A stretch of 64,000 nucleotides of DNA from an uncultured Gemmatimonadales bacterium (GTDB lineage Bacteria > Gemmatimonadota > Gemmatimonadetes > Gemmatimonadales > GWC2-71-9). The notes beneath the pieces were generated by a model. The model saw only the letters and a list, made by a program, of their open reading frames with translations, was not told where the DNA came from and did no database searches. The DNA is taken from assembly GCA_963695555.1 (NCBI GenBank), contig CAVOGR010000007.1:192001-256000 (forward strand), in the 5' to 3' direction. Made by a program: the position numbers and the translations under genes. Within the stretch, counting starts at the first letter, position 1, and each line of letters begins with the position of its first letter. This document shows positions 46,260 to 54,300 of the stretch, piece after piece.

Positions 46260-47493
46260 GTGAGCGGCTTTGGGTTTCGCTGCACCGAGTGCGCCAAGGC
46301 GTATGGCGAGGACGACGTCCGGCTGGTGTGTCCCGCCTGCAAAGGGAAGCAGGAGCCCGGCGGCGTTACTCGGGGCGTGCTCGAGGTGGAGATCGATGAG
46401 CTGCCGACCAGTTGGCCCGATGCACCGCCCTCTCATCCCGATTTCCTGACCGCGTTTCTGCCCATCGAGTCGGCGGAGCATTTGCCGCCGCTCCCGGTGG
46501 GCGGCACACCGCTCCTGCCGGTGCCGGAACTGCGTCGCGCGCTCGAGATGCCGCGGCTTTGGCTGAAGGACGATACCCGAAACCCCAGCGGCTCGACCAA
46601 GGACCGGGCATCGCTCCTGGTGGTGGCCAAGGCGCGGCAGTACGGCTACGACACCGTGGCCGCCGCATCCACTGGGAACGCCGCGACCGCGCTCGCGGCC
46701 GTGTCGGCCGCCGCCGGTACACGAGCGATCCTGTTTCGTGCCGGCGGCGGCACCCGAGGCCAAGCTGGTGCAGATGCTGAGCTATGGCGCGACCGTGCTG
46801 CCCATCGACGGCAACTACGACGACGCGTTCGAGCTGTGCCTGGCCGCGTGCGAGGAGTTCGGCTGGTACAACCGGAACACCGCACTCAATCCGTTCACGA
46901 TCGAAGGAAAGAAGACCGCGGGGCTCGAGATCGCGTTGAGTATGGCGCCGGAGGTGCCGGACGCGGTGCTGGTGCCCACCGGCGACGGGGTCATCCTGGC
47001 CGGCGTGGCCAAGGGGTTCGCCGATCTGGTGCGTTCAGGGCTGATCGATCGCATGCCGCGGATGATCGCGGTCCAGCCCGAGGGCGCGGCGGCGATCGTC
47101 ACCGCCCTTAAGGAAGGCAGCGAGACCATCACGCCGGTGCCGGGTGCACACAGCGTGGCCGATTCACTGACTGTCGAGGCGCCGCGGAACGCGCTTCAGT
47201 GCCTCCGGGTCATTCGCGCCTCGGGCGGAAGCGGCGTCGCCGTACCCGACGCCGCTATCCTCGAGGCTATTCCCCGCCTAGCCGGCCTCAGCGGCGTCTT
47301 CGCCGAGCCGTCGGCGGCGGCGGGGTTGGCGGGGCTGGAGGTGGCGGTGGAGGAGGGCTTGGTGGAGCGGGGCGAGCGGGTGGTATTGTTGGTGACCGGC
47401 ACCGGGCTCAAGGACGTACCGGCGGCGGCCCGGGCGGTGGAGCGGCCGGCTACCATAGCACCGAGGTTGGAGGCGGTGGCGGGGCGGGTGTGA
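46260..47493 (+). CDS. Threonine synthase-like PLP enzyme (frameshift near 46735)
   Basis: CxxC..CxxC N-terminus, NPSGSTKDR, ASTGNAA, EGKKT, PTGDG, FAEP, TGTGLKD. Confidence 0.85.
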
Positions 47494-47544
47494 GGCGATT
47501 GTCGGCGGCCGTGGCTCCGTCATCCAGGTCCTACCATCGTTGCA

Positions 47545-47560
47545 CTAGGGTTTCCCCTAG
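47545..47560. promoter_or_regulatory. Palindrome CTAGGG-TTTC-CCCTAG
   Basis: Inverted repeat at the left edge of the accessory region; near-identical copy at 51976-51991. Confidence 0.4.
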
Positions 47561-47715
47561 CCCACGGGGTCATGGGGTGGCAGGATCGTGCAAGCCTGTC
47601 AAACTTAGAATGCTCTCCGGCGACACACCCCATGTCCTCCCCAGATCTGCGCAGTCCATTTCTGGGCTAGGCGACATCACCGGCCGCCGCTGACCCGCCA
47701 CCGAGGAGTCCTACA

Positions 47716-48462
47716 ATGGAGCAGCTGCAGGCACGCACGCAGCTTGTACGCATCCGTGCGGAACTGATTGCTGCCGACCTGGAGGCGCACGACACCGCGT
47801 TCCCGTCCCTTCGGTCAGTCGATGCACGTGTCCGCGAGGTCAAGCTCATTCTGAGCAGCATTGGTGCCACGCTGCTTCTAGATGAGATGGAGAAGGACGC
47901 CGACTTCGGCGCGAACAGCCGGCGCGTTAGACTCGAGGCGCTCGCAAACTACTGCGCGACAGCACTAACCTTCCTTGACGCTGGCGCTTTGGGCCGTAAG
48001 AGACAGCTGGTTCGGGGTCCCTCCTTTCACCGCTTGACCGTGGTTATGCCAGGCCTGGAGGAAGTTGTGCAAGAGCGCTGGCTCGAGGCCCAGCGGTGCC
48101 AGCATGCGAAGGCTTATCTTGCCGCTGTCATAATCATGGGTAGCATTCTTGAGGGCCTGCTCCTTGCGCGCGCGTCTCTCGATGCTCCTGCCGCTTTCCG
48201 AGCAGCAGCGGCCCCGCGGGCTCGCGACGGCAAGAACGTCGCCCTGCAGGACTGGAAGCTCTCGGCGCTGATCGATGTTGCTGTCGAGCTGCGTTGGCTC
48301 AAGAGTGACCGAGGTAGCTTCTCCCACGCGCTCCGGCAGTCACGCAACGTGTTACACCCATGGGAGCACGTATCCAATGCAGCAAATTTTGATGAGGCGA
48401 CCTGCGGAACGTGCTGGCACGTCCTGAACGCGGCTGTCCAGGACCTCCTCGTCTCTATTTAG
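47716..48462 (+). CDS. HEPN-like domain protein
   Basis: AYLAAVIIMGSILEGLL helix and LRQSRNVLHP motif; GAGGAG RBS. Confidence 0.6.
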   Translation: MEQLQARTQLVRIRAELIAADLEAHDTAFPSLRSVDARVREVKLILSSIGATLLLDEMEKDADFGANSRRVRLEALANYCATALTFLDAGALGRKRQLVRGPSFHRLTVVMPGLEEVVQERWLEAQRCQHAKAYLAAVIIMGSILEGLLLARASLDAPAAFRAAAAPRARDGKNVALQDWKLSALIDVAVELRWLKSDRGSFSHALRQSRNVLHPWEHVSNAANFDEATCGTCWHVLNAAVQDLLVSI

Positions 48463-48495
48463 CAGACTTTCACCCCGGAGCCACTAGCTGCGCGA

Positions 48496-49716
48496 ATGAC
48501 CGAGAACAAACCGGTATCGCTGCCGAGCGTTGCGCTCGTTCAAGCATCGGAAGTGCCATCGCTGCTAGAATGCATCCGCCCGTCGTGGCAGGCTAAGAAT
48601 CTCATCGGGCGCGTCAAGAAACTCATTGAGGTCGACCCCAGCAGTGCGTGCCAGCGCTTGTTCAACGCTGCCATTCACGACCTGAGGGAGAAGATCGTCG
48701 TTGCTGGCCTCGACATTGCGCGCGAGGCAGCGAAGCAAAATAAGCTCCCCCCGGTCGACCGGCCTGAGGATGTTGAGAATTACTCTACTGAGCGACTGAT
48801 CGAACTTGCCTATCGTGTCGGTTTGCTTACGCGTCCAGATTGGCGTCGGCTCTCACGCTGCTACGAGATTCGCCGGGACCTTGAGCACGAGGACGATGAG
48901 TATGAGGCGGGTGTAGAGGATTGCATCTATATCTTCAAGACCTGTATTGAAGTTGTTCTTTCTCGCGATCCGGTACACTTGATAAGAGTCGCCGATCTGC
49001 GCGATGTTGTCGAGCAGCCCACACCCGCCATTCTCGCTGACTCCCTTGTCGCGGATTTTGCCGCCGCACCGCAGCCCCGGCAGGATGAAATCGCGCGTTT
49101 TCTAATCAGCATTGCACTCGACAAGGATCAGTCTGAGATAGTTCAACAGAACGCCTTCAATGCGATTGCCCGCCTCGCTGCCCATACCCAGAACGCGGTC
49201 AAGCTCCAACTCGCTACACATTTCCAGGAGCGGATCGGCAAGAAGGGGTTGGATCGCCGCCATGCACGGGTTGCTTATGCGGCAGGTGTGCTACCCTACC
49301 TCAAGAAGGCTGATGTCGTTCAATGCTTCGAGGACGTGTACGCCCAAATGAAGAAAGTCGGGTCGCACTGGAGCGGCCACACTGAACATGGCGAGCTGCT
49401 TCGTTCGTTTCGAGAGTTGGGCGGCGTCGGCGCTGTGCCGGCGGAGTCACGAGCCAAGTTCCTAAAATGGATGGTGTTCACGTACTTAGGGGAACCTGGC
49501 GGCATGACATCGTACGGCAATGTACGGCATGTTTTCTACAGCAACACGGCGGCCCCGTTGATCACGACCCAGATCCGCGAGGCAGCCCACCTCATCGGCA
49601 GCGAACTCAAGAAGCTTAAAGCCGACAAGGATGTCGCTACGCTTTGCACCAACGCCCACATCGCTCGGCGGTTTGAGCTCCTCCTCGACAAAGTCGAGGG
49701 TCCAGATGTGGCCTAA
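48496..49716 (+). CDS. Hypothetical protein with HEPN-like N-terminal region
   Basis: SSACQRLFNAAIHDLREKI and RRDLEH (Rx4H); helical C-terminal region. Confidence 0.5.
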   Translation: MTENKPVSLPSVALVQASEVPSLLECIRPSWQAKNLIGRVKKLIEVDPSSACQRLFNAAIHDLREKIVVAGLDIAREAAKQNKLPPVDRPEDVENYSTERLIELAYRVGLLTRPDWRRLSRCYEIRRDLEHEDDEYEAGVEDCIYIFKTCIEVVLSRDPVHLIRVADLRDVVEQPTPAILADSLVADFAAAPQPRQDEIARFLISIALDKDQSEIVQQNAFNAIARLAAHTQNAVKLQLATHFQERIGKKGLDRRHARVAYAAGVLPYLKKADVVQCFEDVYAQMKKVGSHWSGHTEHGELLRSFRELGGVGAVPAESRAKFLKWMVFTYLGEPGGMTSYGNVRHVFYSNTAAPLITTQIREAAHLIGSELKKLKADKDVATLCTNAHIARRFELLLDKVEGPDVA

Positions 49717-49812
49717 CCGGGCGTGACCCTTCGGGCACGGATGTCCTTGGATCTCATTGCCTAGGGCCGAGGGTATGCCCCAGTCGTTAGACAGCTCCTG
49801 ACTTGAGGTAGC

Positions 49813-50514
49813 ATGGATCCTTGGATACCTGGGTCGACACCAGTCTCCGTTAAGCAAGCCCACTACCTTGACGGACTACGGTTCTGCTTTGAAGCCGCAA
49901 GTTTGGCCGGGCCTCGACTGGAAGAATCCCTCCTCAAGACAGCTAGAGCACTTGTACTGAAGGAGAGGAACTACCGAGTTCCCACTATCAATGCACTTAC
50001 AGATGCATGGCTCGTTGTTGATGCAGTGTTCCGTGCCCGAAGACTAATCTCGGGGCTTCCAGGCCTAAAGCATAAGAGATCTCCTGGCAGGACTGTCTTC
50101 TTGAAGAGAACGGCCGAAGTCGAGCCGCTGCGCAACACGATTCAGCACCTCGATACCGATATGAAAGATCTGACGGACGTAGAAGAACGGGCTTGGGGTA
50201 CTCTAGAGTGGTTTGCTTCTCTTCCAGAAACCGGGCACAAAGTTCATTCCCTGTTGCTGGTTCCTGGCTTTAAGGGCGGCGGTACATACCGACTCTGCAC
50301 AATCGCCAGAGCTCCACTTACGCAGCGCATCGACCAGATCATTTTGCGCTGTCGCAAGGCCCAGTTGAATATTTCAGATGCTGTTCTGGCAATGAACGAA
50401 CTGGATCAAGGTCTTCGCAAATCGCTCGGCACACCATATGCAGGTCCTCCAATCGATGAAAGAGACATGCTGTTCCACGCTGTCGCGCGCATCGACCCAG
50501 TTAATGATCGATGA
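49813..50514 (+). CDS. Hypothetical protein with HEPN-like motif
   Basis: LRNTIQH (Rx4H); GAGG RBS; visibly lower GC. Confidence 0.5.
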   Translation: MDPWIPGSTPVSVKQAHYLDGLRFCFEAASLAGPRLEESLLKTARALVLKERNYRVPTINALTDAWLVVDAVFRARRLISGLPGLKHKRSPGRTVFLKRTAEVEPLRNTIQHLDTDMKDLTDVEERAWGTLEWFASLPETGHKVHSLLLVPGFKGGGTYRLCTIARAPLTQRIDQIILRCRKAQLNISDAVLAMNELDQGLRKSLGTPYAGPPIDERDMLFHAVARIDPVNDR

Positions 50515-50580
50515 ATGATCTCCAACCAGCGCTGCTCAACGCCAGACCGCTTACTGCAAAACGCCGATCGCCTGGATTAG

Positions 50581-51693
50581 ATGCGCCTAATCACTGCGAA
50601 CTACCTCATCCCCCTCCTTGGCCTGGCCATGCTGCTGTCAGCATGTCGGCCTCCCGACAACAGTGCACTCCCTGGTACGATGTGGCAGGGCGACCCCCAA
50701 CCCACCCTAACCCTCACCAGCGACCGCCTCCCCGAGGGCCACGAGCTGAACGGGATCTACTCGGCGCTCGAGCTGCCGGACGGCTCGCTGCTCATCGCCA
50801 ACTCGGGCGCCCACGAATTGCTTCTGGTCGACTCCGTCGGCCAATACCTGCGCACCGTGGGCCGGAGCGGCCAGGGCCCCGGCGAGTACTCGGACAACCT
50901 GCAGCTCTTCCACGGTGCGGGCGACACGGTGGTGGTGTACGACGGCGGCGCCTTACGATGGACATACTTAACGCCTTCTTTCGAAGTGGCGCGAACGGTG
51001 GTCGAGTACAACGCCGACCTGCCAAGCCCGAGCTGGCTGTACCAGGGATCGCTGGTGACCGACACCAAGATCCGGCAGAACCGGGAGCGGGCCCGCGAGA
51101 TCCTCACATCCGTACGGTCGAGCGACCCGGGCTTCGGACGTCTGCTCATCGCGAGACAGGACGCCCAGGGTGCCGTCTGGGTGCGGCGGCTCGACGACGC
51201 CACCGAGTGGGAGGTGTACCCGGGCGGCGACACGACCTACGCCCGGGTCACCCTGCCACCGGGACTGGACCTCATCGCCATCGGAAGGCAGGCGGTCGTA
51301 GGCGTCACCCGCGACAGCCTGGGCGAGGAGCAGGTCCAGGTGCACCGCCTCGCCCGGCCGCCGGGCAGCACCAGCCCCGTAACCGTCGCGGAGGCGGAAG
51401 CCCCTGCCCCGGCGGCGGCGGTGCCGGCCGAGCGGCCACCGCTCGCTCGGGACCTGGTGAATCTGGTGACCGCGCAGGAGGCCTACTACTCGAACCACGC
51501 CAGCTATGCCGACGTGGCCGATAGCCTTCGGTTTCGAATCGAGGGAGGGGGCCGGCTCTTTATTCTCTACGCCGACGAGCGCCACTGGGCCGGTGTGGCG
51601 GTGATGCCAAGCACCGGACTGACCTGCGGCATGGCGGTAGGGTATCCGACGCCGGCCAGTTGGCAGGAGGGGGTGCCGGTCTGCGACAGGTAA
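50581..51693 (+). CDS. Lipoprotein, 6-bladed beta-propeller-like, fused to pilin-like C-terminal domain
   Basis: LLSAC lipobox; GRSGQGPGEY; C-terminal DLVNLVTAQEAYYSNHASYA and terminal Cys pair. Confidence 0.65.
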   Translation: MRLITANYLIPLLGLAMLLSACRPPDNSALPGTMWQGDPQPTLTLTSDRLPEGHELNGIYSALELPDGSLLIANSGAHELLLVDSVGQYLRTVGRSGQGPGEYSDNLQLFHGAGDTVVVYDGGALRWTYLTPSFEVARTVVEYNADLPSPSWLYQGSLVTDTKIRQNRERAREILTSVRSSDPGFGRLLIARQDAQGAVWVRRLDDATEWEVYPGGDTTYARVTLPPGLDLIAIGRQAVVGVTRDSLGEEQVQVHRLARPPGSTSPVTVAEAEAPAPAAAVPAERPPLARDLVNLVTAQEAYYSNHASYADVADSLRFRIEGGGRLFILYADERHWAGVAVMPSTGLTCGMAVGYPTPASWQEGVPVCDR

Positions 51694-51951
51694 GGCGGAA
51701 GGTCGGGATGGCGGGAAGTCGGGAAGAGTGAGGAGTAGGAGTTGGTCGGTGGCGGGTTGCGCCGAGCAACCTCCTGGAGGCAGAATGGACGCCCTTGGAG
51801 CCTGCTGATGCTTGGGGGGTGTGCGCCCTGGGGGCTAGGACTTCTTACGGTCATTACCGGCTGGCGCGATTCGACCGGACTGAGCTCACGATGAGATCGT
51901 GTTCTCATCCAACCAGGTCGGCTTCATCCGACTTCACACCCTGAACGCGAA

Positions 51952-51994
51952 AGTCAGACTAGAGCTCGAGTCAGACTAGGGTTTTCCCTAGTCT
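51952..51994. promoter_or_regulatory. Direct repeat plus palindrome, candidate operator upstream of the NarL-type regulator
   Basis: AGTCAGACTAG at 51952 and 51969; AGACTAGGG-TTTT-CCCTAGTCT at 51973-51994. Confidence 0.5.
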
Positions 51995-52230
51995 TAGGAG
52001 ACGTTCGCACCCGATTCCGTGTGACCTGCGTCACAAACAGTCGCGGTTTGCCGGCAGGCGCTTGCGTTCTTCGCAGAGCCAGTAAATTGTGAGGGGAGCG
52101 AACGCATTGGCCGCAGCTGTCGCCAGACTTGGAAGGCGGCGTCGGCACCGCGGCGCGATTCGCTCCACCCCCTGCCGTGTGCGTCCTAGGCCGCGGTCAG
52201 CTCTGTTCTTCTTGCCTGGCGAGGCCCGCG

Positions 52231-52881
52231 GTGATCAGGACGGTTATCGCAAGCGATTTCACCCTCTTTCGCGAGGGCTTGGCGCGCATCTTCGCGTCTG
52301 CCGAGTCGATTGAATTGGTAGGTGTTGCGGGAAACGACATCGACTTGATGACACTCATCACCGAGCGGTCCCCACAGATCGCGGTGGTAGACATGGCAAT
52401 CGCCCGAAGCCGTGACTTGATTGCATGGATCCAGTCGGCTGGTGCAGAAACCGGCGTGGTTGCACTCGGCGTTCGGGAGGTAGAAGAGGAAGTCATCGCA
52501 TGCGCCAGCGCCGGCGTCATGGGCTACGTACCCCGCGACGGCTCGATCGAGGACCTGCTATCAGTGGTGCGAAGTACCGCCAACGGGGAGTTGCTCTGCT
52601 CGCCGAAGATCGCTGGCGCCCTACTCCGTCACGTTGCTACCTTGTCCCAAGCCGGAGCAGCCCTCGGTCCCGAGCCCGAATTGACCGCCCGAGAGCAGGA
52701 AGTTGCGGTCCTCATCGATCGAGGCATGTCTAACAAAGAGATCGCCCGTCACCTGAACATCGAAGTGTCGACGGTGAAGAACCACGTTCACCACCTCCTC
52801 GAGAAGCTAGGGGTCCATCGTCGCTCGCATGCCGCCGCGCGCATCCGGCGGAAGTTATCCTACCGCAAGCTGGTCCGGTAA
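52231..52881 (+). CDS. NarL/FixJ family response regulator (LuxR HTH)
   Basis: Receiver domain plus LTAREQEV..GMSNKEIA..TVKNHVHHLLEKL; GTG start inferred. Confidence 0.92.
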   Translation: MIRTVIASDFTLFREGLARIFASAESIELVGVAGNDIDLMTLITERSPQIAVVDMAIARSRDLIAWIQSAGAETGVVALGVREVEEEVIACASAGVMGYVPRDGSIEDLLSVVRSTANGELLCSPKIAGALLRHVATLSQAGAALGPEPELTAREQEVAVLIDRGMSNKEIARHLNIEVSTVKNHVHHLLEKLGVHRRSHAAARIRRKLSYRKLVR

Positions 52882-52990
52882 CAGAGGAACTACACCTTTC
52901 TCTCCAAGCAACCTCGTCCCAAAATGCATCCAACGATGCATGTTGGGAGTCTTGGGCCCACTCTATTCTTGATGCTGGGCCATCAGCGAC

Positions 52991-53400
52991 GTGCTTACCA
53001 TCCGCGTTCTTGTTACCGGGTTGTCCCGGCTTCGTGGCGACGTGCTTCGACACATCGTCGCCGCGCAACCGGACATGATGCTGCTGGACGAGTTACTGGA
53101 CCCTGACGTCATCCTCTCGGGCGGAGAAACCTTCCTTCCAGACATCGTGATCACCGGCCTAGAAGCTGATTGTGTAACTGCCCCATGCACTGCCCTGCTG
53201 TACTTCGATCACCATCTCGAGGTGCTGGCGCTCAGTGGGGAGACGGGAGAGGGCGTCCTCTTCAGAGCCGGCCACCCCAGGATGTCGCTGGGACGGCTAT
53301 CCACTGAGGGCCTACTCGATGTCATTCGCCACGCACCACCAGCGCGTTCTGCGCCACATCCCGACGAGGATCTAGATCCAGTTCTGAACCCAAAATGGAC
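52991..53400 (+). CDS. Degenerate receiver-like protein (in frame with the downstream precursor; end uncertain)
   Basis: IRVLVTGLSRLRGDVLRHIVAAQPDM..PDIVIT resembles a receiver fold; N-terminal part of ORF 52991..54265. Confidence 0.45.
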
Positions 53401-53572
53401 TCTATGGCCCATTGAGCACCTTACAGACGAGGCCCATATTGAGCGTCAGTTCCATGCGCTACCGTCAGCAGAGACTGCGCGCGCCGGGGCCGCACGTGAG
53501 GCCCGATCGACTCGCGCAGGCTCTGTACTTCGTCTTGGCACTTCTAACACGCAGTGGGAGGCGCGACTCGCC

Positions 53573-54265
53573 ATGACCGACAAAGAACAACTCAAGTTCT
53601 GGCGCGAGCTGAGAAACCTCCGCGACCGCATCCAACAAGACCCCAGGCTGTACCGGAAGTTCCAGGAGAACCCAACCGAGATTTTCCAGCAGTTTGAGCT
53701 CGATGTGGAGGTACCCGCGGGCCCATTGGGGAAAGAGGGCCGCCGGCTATCCGACTACCTTGACGCGCTCCGCCCGGAAGAACGACCGATCGTCGCGGAG
53801 TCGTTGCTCGAGTTGAGCGTCGCGGATGATATCGGGAAAGTCGCGATCGCACTCGCACTCGCGAATGCAGTCGCCCTGGCCAATGCAGCCGCCAACGCCA
53901 ATGCAGCCGCCAACGCCAACGCAGGGGCCAACGCAAACGCCGGGGCAAACGCCAACACCAATACGAATACGAGTGGGGTGGGGATTGGAGATCTGGTGGC
54001 AAATCCGTGGGCACGCATGGTCCTGGCCTCTGATTTCGCCGAGTCTGCGCTGGCCCGCACGCTGGCCGACCTACACTTGAATCCGGCCCGCCAGAGCGCG
54101 TTGCTCAGGCGTGTGCTGACCGATGACGAGAGTGTTCTGAGTTCCAAGGTGGTCGGCGATGCGGAGTTCCGACTCGCACAGTACTCCTTCCGCGGTACGG
54201 TATTCCAGGTTGAGGGGTTGCTTCGAGGTGACGTGATCGAGGTCGTCAACACCCGGCTCATGTAG
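53573..54265 (+). CDS. RiPP precursor 1: NHLP-like leader, internal Ala/Asn core, C-terminal follower domain (230 aa)
   Basis: GGGAGG RBS; RIQQDPRLYRKFQENPTEIFQQFELDV leader-like segment; core VAIALALANAVALANAAANANAAANANAGANANAGANANTNTNT; directly upstream of maturases. Confidence 0.8.
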   Translation: MTDKEQLKFWRELRNLRDRIQQDPRLYRKFQENPTEIFQQFELDVEVPAGPLGKEGRRLSDYLDALRPEERPIVAESLLELSVADDIGKVAIALALANAVALANAAANANAAANANAGANANAGANANTNTNTSGVGIGDLVANPWARMVLASDFAESALARTLADLHLNPARQSALLRRVLTDDESVLSSKVVGDAEFRLAQYSFRGTVFQVEGLLRGDVIEVVNTRLM

Positions 54266-54300
54266 CGGAGTCGACCACACTCCGAGATGCAAGAACCGCG

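Noticed and set aside
41500..46750. ssnA, PLP enzyme, ygeY and thrC-like genes as a decayed operon
   Set aside because: Same indel pattern with all catalytic motifs retained; treated as sequencing error.
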